A stretch of DNA of 33,109 nt from Macrostomum lignano (Eukaryota), in NCBI GenBank assembly GCA_002269645.1, contig NIVC01003964.1, positions 1-33,109 of the forward strand, given 5' to 3'. The translations under genes were made by a program, and so were the position numbers. Numbering within the stretch: position 1 is the stretch's first letter; each line of letters starts with the position of its first letter. The notes under the pieces were generated by a model, which saw nothing but the letters and a program-made list of their open reading frames with translations, searched no databases and was not told where the DNA came from. This document shows positions 9,901 to 20,531 of this stretch, in pieces.

Positions 9901-11251
9901 CAACCACTCCGACTACTACCACAACCACTCCGACTACTACAACAACCACTCCGACTACTACCACAACCACTCCGACTACTACCACTACTACTCCAACTAC
10001 AAGCACCACAACAACAACGACTACTTCCACCACTACTACAACTCCGACTACAACTACGACTGTTGCGCCCACAACGACGTCTTGCATCTGTCCGTCCAAC
10101 TACCAGCCTGTGTTTAAGAACGTCAAGACCGTGCCGTTCTCGTTCCGCTTTTCAAATTTGCAGTGGTTCGATGACTATGCAGACCCGAACAGTTGGCGCT
10201 ACAAGCAGCTGGCTAACTACGCCTTTGAGACCATTATGAAATCATCCAGGTCAACTTCGCTTTATGGTGAACTGCAAAACGCAGTAAACTTACAGTTTAA
10301 GTCGGGAAGTGTTGTCATCAGTGGAAACCTTGTGGTTCGAGACACGTCTACAAACACAGCAGCTTCTATTATCGAGCTTCTCACAAAAGGTTTGAAAGCA
10401 ACAGATCTGGGTGGTGTCATCATCGATAACATTGGATCTTCGGGTGAGCAAAGCAGCTTAAATTGCAAGCGCTTTTTGTGCCTTTGACATGTATATACCA
10501 TATGAAATAATTTCGAATGGTTCCCTAAATTCACAGCCGTCACAAGCCTCACCAGTACCAGCTCAACGACAACGGCCGTCGAATCCACCACTCGGGCAGC
10601 GGCCACGACTGCGGCAGCCAGTGCCGGCACAGCCACAAGCGGTGGCCCTGAGGCCGTGTCGCAGGATTACACCATCCTGATCATTCTGGTTGCAGTAATT
10701 GGCGGACTTTTCCTGCTTGTCCTCGTCATCTTTATCATCGTAAGCGACTTGAATGCTGCTGTATGCAATACTGCACAAGCGCTTGTGCCCATTAGCTGTG
10801 TTTCTTTGCTTATACCGACTAGTACTAAAAATGAGTTGTCTGTCTCTATCTATCTATCTATCTAGCTATGCGATAGATTTCAGAAAAATTGGCTCAACCG
10901 ATTTTCTTCAGACTTGCACCATTTGATCAGAAATTTTCCTGGCACGGTACATGCATCTTGGCTAAGAAATGGCTCAATGTTAAATATACCGACTAAGTAG
11001 CAGTCGGGGACAACTTAAAATCCTTGTTTTAGTTACATGAAGTTGTTCTTGTTACATGAAGAAGCTCGCGGAAGCTATTACCTAAGCAACTGGGTGATAT
11101 GGGAAGTCCGCTAAAACCGCACAAACCCTCCTAAAACCTGCAGGTCTACGCTGTGCAGACCAGGCGCCTGAGGGACGAACTGAACTTGAAGACGAACTAC
11201 CGGATTGAGGAGCCGTACGGACCAGGTTGGGGACTCAGCGTGGGGATTTAG
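947..11251 (+). CDS. Gene 1: 3' part of a giant membrane-tethered mucin-like glycoprotein (10 six-Cys modules with PTS linkers, VNTR, SEA, TM, cytoplasmic tail); the 5' end lies upstream of the window
   Basis: Hand-derived GT-AG exons with compatible phases: 947-1117, 1189-1768, 1863-3389, 3468-4058, 4163-4562, 4678-4847, 5923-6517, 6635-6795, 6907-7524, 7614-8247, 8318-8487, 8578-8944, 9032-9204, 9285-10443, 10537-10739, 11144-11251. Each module reads CxxxNG..IP..IDL..CR|VC..GNV..LCY..P..LK..GCF.PL..C and is followed by a Thr-rich linker. A few small indels interrupt the frame (~952, ~987, ~1495-1600, ~2954). Confidence 0.9.
4919..5641 (-). mobile_element. Solo LTR (723 bp), probably Ty3/Gypsy-type, in a gene 1 intron
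   Basis: Termini are TGTTG (4919) and CAACA (5641). The 4-bp target-site duplication GTAA lies at 4915-4918 and 5642-5645. It is a GC-rich island in an AT-rich intron. A minus-strand AATAAA at 5193-5198 lies downstream of an AT-rich TATA-like patch (~5320-5332), so the orientation is tentative. Confidence 0.85.
9555..9995 (+). repeat. Coding 21-bp VNTR, (TTTTTTP) x 20-21
   Basis: The unit is ACTACTACCACAACCACTCCG. CCG codons recur every 21 nt from 9573 to 9972 (20 units), followed by one CCA unit. Variation between units is synonymous only. Confidence 0.95.
10125..10443 (+). other. SEA domain of gene 1 with a G/SVVI autoproteolysis motif
   Basis: [28 protein letters not shown]...[15 protein letters not shown] matches SEA hallmarks (F.F..N..Y/F...L/A.DP.S..Y..L and F..G^SVVV as in MUC1). 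FKSGSVVI lies at 10296-10319, in the membrane-proximal position typical of SEA domains. Confidence 0.85.
10537..10739 (+). CDS. Gene 1 exon: S/T/A-rich stalk and transmembrane helix
   Basis: The acceptor is TTCACAG|10537. Translation: [68 protein letters not shown]. The donor is GTAAGC at 10740. Confidence 0.85.
10811..11008 (+). mobile_element. Short Helitron/HINE-like element of the same family in the last intron of gene 1
   Basis: TACTAAAAATGAGTTGTCTGTC..TATGCGATAGATTTCAGAAAAATT matches 21881-21936, and GGCTCAACCGATTTTC..ACGGTACATG matches ~21553-21615. It has an internal (TCTA)n run, the 11-bp direct repeat TATACCGACTA (10811, 10985) and the hairpin CCGACT..AGTCGG (10989-11007). Confidence 0.6.
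11144..11251 (+). CDS. Terminal coding exon of gene 1: end of the TM helix and cytoplasmic tail
   Basis: The acceptor CTAAAACCTGCAG|11144 is phase 0, matching the donor at 10740. It reads [35 protein letters not shown], with basic stop-transfer residues right after the TM helix. It is not in the ORF track. Confidence 0.7.
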   Translation, partial: VYAVQTRRLRDELNLKTNYRIEEPYGPGWGLSVGI

Positions 11252-11803
11252 ATTGTTCTTTCTTAACCTTGGTTACAAGCAAGCCGCTAGAAACTAGCTG
11301 CACCTTTTAGGATGTCTACACTTTAAAAACGAAGCTATATCTCCATACATATGCTTGCGTTAATCATTTTTGTCAAAACTGAATGCACAGCTTCAAAATT
11401 GAAAGTAAAACCTTTAGCTTTTTCCACAGCCAGCAATTGAGAATGGAAGCTTCACTATTAAGCACAGCTCAATTTCGAATTGGAATGAAAATTTTCTTTA
11501 TTGCTCCACCGACAGCAAGTTCTTTACGGGTCATCCAGCTGCCTTTCTTCTATAAAATAGCCTTTGCGTTCTTCCTTTTGCTACTGAAAGCAGAGAAACA
11601 GCGAACTGCGACACCGAAATTTGGGTTTGAAAATAGGACAAATGGGAAAATAGTGCCGGAATGGAATCACAATTCTTCTTTCTATATTTATGTTCTGCCG
11701 GGACTCAGCTTTTAGTCCCTAGCTTCAAAAGCCTTGAATTTAAAGTACTGCTTCATGCAGGCGAGCAAGGTTTTCTTCTTTGCTGTTTGATGTTTGATTA
11801 AAA

Positions 11804-12445
11804 TGAGTGAGTGAGTGAGTGAGTGAGTGAGTGAGTGAGTGAGTGAGTGAGTGAGTGAGTGAGTGAGTGAGTGAGTGAGTGAGTGAGTGAGTGAGTGAGT
11901 GATTGGGTGAGTGAGTGAGTGAGTGTGTGAGTGAGTGAGTGAGTGAGTGAGTGAGTGAGTGAGTGAGTGATTGGGTGAGTGAGTGAGTGAGTGAGTGAGT
12001 GAGTGAGTGAGTGAGTGAGTGAGTGAGTGAGTGAGTGAGTGAGTGAGTGAGTGAATGAGTGAGTGAGTGAGTGAGTGAGTGAGTGAGTGAGTGAGTGAGT
12101 GAGTGAGTGGGTGGGTGAGTTAGTGAGTGAGTGAGTGAGTGAGTGAGTGAGTGAGTGAGTTAGTGAGTGAGTGAGTGAGTGAGTGAGTGAGTGATTGAGT
12201 GAGTGAGTGAGTGAGTTAGTGAGTGAGTGAGTGAGTGAGTGAGTGAGTGAGTGAGTGAGTGAGTGAGTGAGTGAGTGATTGAGTGAGTGAGTTAGTGAGT
12301 GAGTGAGTGAGTGAGTGAGTGAGTGAGTGAGTGAGTGAATGAGTGAGTGGGTGAATGAGTGAGTAAGTGATTGGGTGAGTGAGTGAGTTTGTGAGTGAGT
12401 GAGTGAGTGAGTGAGTGAGTGAGTGTGAATGAGTGAGTGAGTGAG
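11804..12445. repeat. (GAGT)n tetranucleotide microsatellite, ~640 bp
   Basis: Direct reading; there are occasional GATTGG, GAAT and GTTA interruptions. Confidence 0.98.
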
Positions 12446-13398
12446 GTAGCACTTCATGAAAGCTAGCTCAATAAACTTGTGAGCTCACCTCGAACAAAAC
12501 TTAGATTTGTTCGATTTGCGATTCGGATGTTCAGAAGGTGAAATATTGAGAATTGATGACAAAATCTGAGAGTTTCCCATTTTGCCAATGCGTTCTGCAG
12601 CCACAGCCGGCCTCCAGGGTTGGCGCTATCTGCCAGTGCAGCAGCCATCCGCTTTACATGCCCTACATGCCCATGTCAGATTATTTCTATTTCTTGTTAT
12701 GTCTAGCATTTGTAATATCCTAAATCTGGTGAACAAGCCATGATAAATCGATGAATCTTAAGACAGTCAGATCAAGGACACAGTCACTATTCACTAATAC
12801 AGTATAATTAGTAACTATAATAGCAAACAATTTTTCCCAACATTGCAGACAGGGCTCAGTTCTACGACCCAGTGGACGGCCCCGGCACCAATAGGCCGGA
12901 CAGCCACGCCGCCTGAAGGTCCCGGACGTGATTAACAAAGCGAAAGAGCAGAGACTAATTATGATGAGCGTTCAACATTTCTGCACTCTGTACTCTGCAT
13001 CTGCTCATGTTGAAACTAAAATAGCCCACACAAACCAATTTTTATAAGACTATTTAGACATTTTACTACCATATTTCTACTGTAAGTTTCATCCTGCTGA
13101 CACAGCACGTTTATACACGGGTCTGACACCTGCCTTCATCGCGTTGTCGCCGCCCCAGTTAGCAGAACTTTTTCCAAAAAGGCTTGACGAAAGTTTAAAT
13201 GCGTAAATGTTTTTTAATTTGTTTATAAAATTTCTAATAATAAATCAAGTTGTTTACGATTTCAAAGGCTGAAATAGCTGCGCTGAACTCTAAGGAGGTC
13301 CAATTATTTCAATAATCAAATGCGCCACCATGCTTGACAACAGCCTTTCTACAAATTTTATTGTCTGCCACCGATACTATAAACTACTCGTGTTTTAA

Positions 13399-13531
<133 letters not shown>

Positions 13532-14093
13532 ACGGAGGCGGTCTCGCCGGCCACTGGCCGGACTCGGCTGATCGCAACACCTTGGACAGCACGGGGTCCG
13601 TCCTTGTTCATGCTCGAATGTGTCGTGCCGTCACCGGAACTTCGTCCAGCATGTCCATGAGCAGCACGAAATCCGCTGGTACCAGTGAACTTTTCGGCCT
13701 CTCTGGCAGCGGCAGACGGCTGAGAACATCCGCACGCAGCAGCGATCTGCCCGACCTGTGCACCATGGAGTAGCTGTAGGCGGCCAGGGTGAGCGCCCAC
13801 CGCTGGATTCTGCTGGAAGCCATGGCAGGAATCGGCTTCGACTCATGCAGCAGCCCCAACAACGGCTTGTGATCGCTGATCAGCGTGAACTGCCGGCCGT
13901 ATAGATACGTGTGAAACTTCTTCACTCCGAACACCACTGCCAGCGCATCGTTCTCCAGATTCGATGGCTGATGACAGCACCGATGCCGTATGGAGAAGCG
14001 TCGCACTCCAGCACTAGTGGCTGCCGCTCATCGAAATGTGCGAGCACCGGCGCCCTGCTGAGCAGCTCCTTGCACTTACGGAAGGCAGCATCC
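13532..14093 (-). mobile_element. Degenerate Ty3/Gypsy (K02A2.6-like) pol fragment: RT connection, RNase H and start of the integrase linker
   Basis: The minus strand reads AAFRKCKELLSRAPVLAHFDERQPLVLECDASPYGIGAVISH, then after an internal deletion and frameshift LENDALAVVFGVKKFHTYLYGRQFTLISDHKPLLGLL..RIQRWALTLAAYSY..ADVLSRLP..PVTARHIRA*TRTDPVLSKV. The CDAS, DHKPL and ADxLSR RNase H motifs are present, and a TGA replaces the expected Trp. Confidence 0.92.
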
Positions 14094-16607
14094 CTAAAAA
14101 TGTTAGAAAAGAAACAATTAAAAAGTGATAATAATTACCCAGTGTTGGGAACGATACTCGAAAAAAGTATCGGTTAAAAGCGATACTTTGATGCCCTTTC
14201 TGAAAAAAGTACAGCTCTTCAATACATATCGGCTGTTTTGTGACTTTAATTTACAGTTGCTCAGGTTGTACTAAAGTCGCAACGCACCGCAATCAACCCG
14301 CAGGTGACAGAATCCGCTGCCAGCAGACCTGGCTGGCTAGCCGTGGTTTGGCCACTCGGGACGCTGTTCACCTCCCCGACTGAGCGAGGCCATCGCTGAT
14401 TTTGTCCGCTAAGATGGCCGGCCGGCGGCCACGTTCTGATGCTTGGCGGTGCCGCCTAGTGAGTCATTGCATCCTACCACAACAGATAAGCGCATTCCAT
14501 CCATAATTGACTCGTCTAAAGCAAATACCCCCAGTCGGAATCCATAAATCCTTATCTGATTTCAACTGTAACGCAAATTCTGAATTGTAAATTGAATTGT
14601 AAAAGTTCAGTAAAAACAGAATTAACTGACTAAAAATGAGACTTTTAAAATTTTTCGCAACAGCTGTAGCCGGGCGCGGATTAAGGGGTCCTGTGTGAGC
14701 GCCACTCTTCCCAGCGCTCCCTAGGAACTTTTATTACCTGGATACCTATGAAGAGTTCGCTTATAGCACACTAGAGAGAGGGAAAGAGAGAGAGAAAGAG
14801 AAGAGAGAGAGAATTTATTCTAGTGTCTAAACGCACGAACTCCCACTTCCAGACCTCAAGCCTGGGAACAAAGTTCGGTGTTCACTTACTGATGCGGGCT
14901 CCTCTTCTTTGTCGGGCAGGTTTTCCGAGCTCGTCTCTTCAAATATGCTTCCTCCGGAGTAGTTTTCTTGAATTCTAGAATCGGCAGAATATGAGAGCTT
15001 AATAACTTAGTCCGTCAACGTCAATATATTCCTCGAGTGCAGAGATGCGCCCTAATAACAAAGTCAACTCTATAACAATAACGAGGTCCTCCGAAAGGGC
15101 GTCTTCTTCTAGAAATAACGGAATCGGAGTCGTGTGCTCCTATCGGTTACTCTAGGGTACCAAAATCAATCAATCAGTAATCGACTAAGAGTATCGGAAC
15201 CGGTCCGCCGATCCTATCCAATCCCTTAGAAATAGGGAGGCCTCAAATTCAATAACTCAATAAATCGACTGATCAGTAACGGCCGGCAATGACAAAGCTC
15301 TCAATAATCGAGTAACAAAGACTCAAATAACAAAGACTCTAACAACGGCTTACCAATTGGTATTTGTCTCTCTCAGAGATATAGCCTTGCTTGGTAGCTC
15401 TGGCTAAGCCTAAGATCTCTTAAGACTGCTCCGATTCTGAGGTTTCAGCTCGGATTTTTGCTTGTATTTATACACGATTTCATTCGACCTTGAGCTTAAA
15501 ACCGGTTTTATTGATAAGAATCAAAAGATGGACTTTGTCTCGTGACCGGTGGGGTTTTACAAAGAAAAGGGGGGAAGCTTGGGTCGCATTTAAATTGACA
15601 TTTACCATATTTGGAAATATAGGTTGAAAACCGGTTTTTCGGACTATGGAACGATCACTCGCTGTTTACGTGATATTGCATGCATTACTGAAAATAGAGT
15701 ATGACGCGTGTTAGTTTTAAATAGTATTCGTGTTTTTATCTTACTACTTTTAGTAGCCAACTAGGCTTGAAGATCTCTACACCTAGGTACTTCTTCCTAG
15801 GTACTAGAATTTACTTTGGCTAGTAATCGACATACTGTAATTTACTTTGCTAAAATTCTACAGTTTTTGACGCAAGCAACGCTGGGCCGTTAAATCATTG
15901 ATGAAACAAGTTACAACCCTAGAAACTGTAAATTAATATCACAAAACAGCCGACATGTATCGAAGCAACGAAACTAACCAGTCAAAAACACATTTTGCAC
16001 TCTCATTCAGATTCTGCCCGATCGCTACGAGGGCTTCCAGCGCGCTCTGCCGTTGCCGGAGTGCAGCGGGCGAGATTGCCGCCTGGCCACTCGGCTGCCG
16101 GCATTCTTTGTCCAGCCGGACCTGGGGCCCAAGAATGTACAACGCCTGGCCGCTGCGATGCCATAGGGTACCACAAACCTGCACCTGGATATCGCCTGGA
16201 TACCTGGATACTTTGGTCAACATGGCAACATGAGTAGAAAATGAGAAGCAGATAAATGTTTATTTAAAACCATTTTGATTACTTTTACCCCAGAATTAGA
16301 CTATGAAACACCCGATATGATATGAACTAAGTGTTGTTATTTTTTTTGTTTTAACTGCTCCTGTCTTTTCGTAGTTAAGTTCATATTTTCAGAATTTAAT
16401 TAGAAATCAGCGCCCCCTGTTGGGGAGCCAAAAAAATGCAGTACAATTTTTTTTATTAAAGAGTGTCTCTTTGCTATAACCTCAGCAATCGCTTGTAAGC
16501 GTTGACATCTCAGCAATTCCTCCCCCACAAGTCTTAACATATCAAACTCCCCCCTTGACATCTGAGCGATGACCCCCATAAGCCTTGAAACCTTAAAAAA
16601 TCTGTCA

Positions 16608-16654
16608 ACCCTAACCCTAAGCCTAACCCTAACCATAGCCCTAACTATAACCCT
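16608..16654. repeat. Degenerate interstitial (CCCTAA)n telomere-like tract
   Basis: AACCCTAACCCTAAGCCTAACCCTAACCATAGCCCTAACTATAACCCT. Confidence 0.6.
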
Positions 16655-16988
16655 GAAGCATTGCAATTTCAGTAATTCTCCCCCAGAGTCATTATAGCAT
16701 TACAGCATTATAGCAATTCCCTCCAAGCCTTGACATCGTAGCGATTCCCAAATGAATCTCCTAACTTCGACATGACTCTTCTTTTATATCTACTTTCATC
16801 TTTTTAAGATGACGCTTTTTCTACCAGCGCCCCTCGTGGGGAACCAACAAATCTCAGAGATCCCTCATAAGCATTTATATCTCGGTTATTCCCCGTGAGC
16901 CTAACATTTTAGTAATTCTCCCCAAGAATCACAGCACAGTTTCACGTGACGCTTCTTTTATTTTGACATGACACTTTATTTGATTTTT

Positions 16989-17552
16989 ACATAACGCTTC
17001 CTTTATGTTTTGCATGACGTTTCTTTTGTGTTTTACATGATGCTTCCTTTATGTTTTGCATGACGTTTCTTTTGTGTTTTACATGATGCTTCCTTTATGT
17101 TTTGCATGACGTTTCTTTTGTGTTTTACATGATGCTTCCTTTATGTTTTGCATGACGTTTCTTTTGTGTTTTACATGATGCTTCCTTTATGTTTTGCATG
17201 ACGTTTCTTTTGTGTTTTACATGATGCTTCCTTTATGTTTTGCATGACGTTTCTTTTGTGTTTTACATGATGCTTACTTTATGTTTTGCATGACGTTTCT
17301 TTTGTGTTTTACATGATGCTTACTTTATGTTTTGCATGACGTTTCTTTTGTGTTTTACATGATGCTTCCTTTATGTTTTGCATGACGTTTCTTTTGTGTT
17401 TTACATGATGCTTACTTTATGTTTTGCATGACGTTTCTTTTGTGTTTTACATGATGCTTCCTTTATGTTTTGCATGACGTTTCTTTTGTGTTTTACATGA
17501 TGCTTACTTTATGTTTTGCATGACGTTTCTTTTGTGTTTTACATGATGCTTC
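16989..17552. repeat. 46-bp minisatellite, 12 full copies (dimer of two 23-bp subunits)
   Basis: The unit is ACATGATGCTTCCTTTATGTTTT+GCATGACGTTTCTTTTGTGTTTT, with a 46-nt period from 16989 to 17541. Confidence 0.95.
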
Positions 17553-17689
17553 TATCATTTTTTACAAGACTTGAAAAAGCAAAAAGGCTTGACATCTCAA
17601 AAATCCCCGTAAACCTTAAAATCTCAGTAATTCGTCCAAAGAGTCACAGCAGAGTTTACGGGAGGCTTATTTTATTTTCAATATGAAGC

Positions 17690-18620
17690 TTTTTCATTTT
17701 ACATGACGCTTTTTAAGTTTTGAAATGACGCTCCTTTTTGAAATGACGCTTCTTTTTACATGATGCTTATTGATTTTTACATAAAGCTTATTTTCTTTTT
17801 TACAAGACGCTTATATAATATCTGACATGACGCTTCTGTTATTTTTTCAAGACGCTTCTTTTACTTTTTACATGACGCTTCCATGATTTTTACCTGACGC
17901 TTCTTATAGTCTGACATGACGCTTCTTTTACTTGTTACATAACACTTCTATGATTTTTACCTGACGTTGGTATGATTTTTACATGACGCTTCTGTGATTT
18001 TTTACATGACGCTTCTTTTCTTTTTTCATGACGCTTCTTTTACTTGTTACATAACGCTGCTATGATCTTTACAAAACGCTGCTATGATCTTTACATAACG
18101 CTGCTATGATCTTTACATAACGCTGCTATGATCTTTACATAACGCTGCTATGATCTTTACATAACGCTGCTATGATCTTTACATAACGCTGCTATGATCT
18201 TTACAAAACGCTGCTATGATCTTTACATAACGCTGCTATGATCTTTACATAACGCTGCTATGATCTTTACATAACGCTGCTATGATTTTTTACATGACGC
18301 TTCTAAGATTTTTTACACGACGCTTCTAAGATTTTTTACATGACGCTTCTAAGATTTTTTACACGACGCTTCTAAGATTTTTTACATGACGCTTCTAAGA
18401 TTTTTTACACGACGCTTCTAAGATTTTTTACATGACGCTTCTATGATTTTTTACATGACGCTTCTAAGATTTTTTACACGACGCTTCTAAGATTTTTTAC
18501 ATGACGCTTCTAAGATTTTTTACATGACGCTTCTAAGATTTTTTACACGACGCTTCTATGATTTTTTACATGACGCTTCTTTCATTTTACATGACGCCTC
18601 TTTCATTTTACGCTCGTACA
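17690..18620. repeat. Related 22/23-bp minisatellite: degenerate stretch, 22-bp sub-array (~18049-18290, ~11 copies) and 23-bp sub-array (~18292-18590)
   Basis: The units are ACATAACGCTGCTATGATCTTT (22 nt) and ACA(T/C)GACGCTTCTAAGATTTTTT (23 nt, mostly alternating T/C). Both share the ACA..ACGCT..TTT core with the 46-bp array. Confidence 0.92.
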
Positions 18621-18928
18621 TGACGCTTCTATTTTTCGCTTTTATTAGTTTTGTTTTGATATTGGAATACACATACAGGCGCAGTCCCAAGGCTCTTTGC
18701 CGAATTTTGCGGACACGTTTGTGGACAAGTCTGGCTTGAATTTATGGTTTCACTTCTTATTTTCTTCTACCGAAAACCGATTAAGCTTTCAAACCTTTCG
18801 GAAAAAAGGTGGCATATAAATTATGCGAAGACTACATGCATATTTACATGTATAGCTGAAGCAACTCGGTCGTCAGAAGCTTCCCCTCACCATTCCCCTC
18901 TGAGGGATATAAAAGAGTGCGTCTCATC

Positions 18929-19370
18929 AGGGATAGGGAATTAAGAGTCGTGGATTCGGATTTCAACACGAGGAATCAGAGTTAGGGAATTAAGAATCGG
19001 GGATTCGGATTCCAAAATGAGGAATAAGGGATAGGGGATTAGGACTTGTGGATTCGGATTCCCATATGAGGAATCAGGGATAGGGAATTGAGAATCGAGA
19101 TTGAGATAAAAAGATGAGCTTCTCTCGGTTCTATGATAGCTGGCAGTCTTTCAAACATTTAGAAAAAGGTGCCATAAGCTCCTCTCTGCCGTATGAATTA
19201 TGATAGCCGACCCAGTCTTTCAAGTTTCTTGCAAAAGGTGCCATATGCCCTATCTGGAAAAGGGAATTAGGAATCGTGGATTCGGATTTCACATGAGGAA
19301 TCAGGGATAGGGAATTAAGAATCGGGGATTGAGATTAAAAAATGAGCTTCTCTCGGTTCTATGATAGCTT
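18929..19370. repeat. ~49-bp tandem repeat block, partly duplicated
   Basis: GGGATAGGGAATTAAGAATCGGGGATTCGGATT..ATGAGGAATCA occurs ~3.5 times. A second block from ~19261 ends in the same GAGCTTCTCTCGGTTCTATGATAGCT tail seen at ~19116-19141. Confidence 0.8.
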
Positions 19371-20020
19371 TTAGACATTCAGACATCAAACATTCTTTCG
19401 AACATTATATATACTACACCGGGTTGGCCTATTCAAAGGCTTAATAAACTTCATAATGAAGATTTCCGTCTGCGAAAACTCTGATTCCTGCCCTCATGCG
19501 CCCCATCTCTCCCCCCCTTACTCCTGTAGGTTAGGGTGATGAAAGATTAGAAGAGTGATATACTGTAAAGGAGAGGAGATAGGACAATAGGTAGATATAC
19601 AGAGAGGGGGGTAGGACGAGAGTAGCATGACTGAATGACCTGGATTAAGGTGATAAAAAGCGATAAAAGCGATATGGGTGATTCTAAGTGGCACTCATCG
19701 CTATTCATCGCTAACAGTGCATCAAGTGAGTAAAAGATTAACACAAAGGCATTACACAATTAAGTCGTGAAAGTAAACCATACCTCAGGCATAATAACAA
19801 GGTAGTAGATATCCAGTAGATCCTGAGTCGCATAAAATGAAACAATCAACTCTCAGCAAATAGTCATCTAATAAAAATTAGATGAGTCATCTATTGAAAA
19901 ATAATCAATAACAAAACAATCAACAATCAATAACAAGTCCAAAAATGACACTTATGATTTTTATAGTGCCAAATTGATATAAATCAGTGCTGATCCCTGA
20001 AGCCATGCCTAGAAAGCCCA

Positions 20021-20176
20021 AACCAGCGCCGAAAAGCTCAAATTTGCGCCGGAAAATCTCAAATTGGCGCGGCAAACTTCGAATTGGCGCCGAAAGCCAA
20101 ATTTGGCGCCAGGATCCCCAAATCAGCGCCAGGATGCCTAAAAAAGCGCCAGGATCCCTAAATCAGCGCCGGAACG
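20021..20176. repeat. Degenerate ~20-bp tandem repeat with a GCGCC core, ~8 copies
   Basis: GCGC(C) recurs at ~20-nt spacing (for example AAATCAGCGCCAGGATCCCT) immediately 5' of the CTAT run. Confidence 0.75.
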
Positions 20177-20179
20177 CTG

Positions 20180-20531
<352 letters not shown>

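Noticed and set aside
2230-10099. Long minus-strand poly-Val/Gly ORFs and alternate-frame His/Asn/Tyr or Gln/Leu/Arg ORFs over the linkers (also throughout 23145-32093)
   Set aside because: They are shadows of ACN-rich Thr codons, which lack stops in other frames. They have no independent start, splice or domain signals.
11798-12457. 219-aa and 78-aa THSL-repeat ORFs
   Set aside because: They are translations of the (GAGT)n microsatellite.
14150-14210. CAGTGTTGGGAACGATACT..AGTATC, resembling a DNA-transposon terminus
   Set aside because: No partner inverted repeat was found and the match is too short to support a call.
14660-15470. Possible LTR, PBS or gag remnant (purine tract, TGGTA motifs on the minus strand, short acidic ORF)
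   Set aside because: I could not establish TG..CA termini, a TSD or a protein motif.
15939-16237. Overlapping ORFs in a GC-rich patch
   Set aside because: They are short, have no recognisable motif or convincing splice pair, and are probably a TE fragment.
16989-18620. Possible CRISPR array
   Set aside because: The units are contiguous with no unique spacers, no cas genes are present, and the context is eukaryotic with introns.
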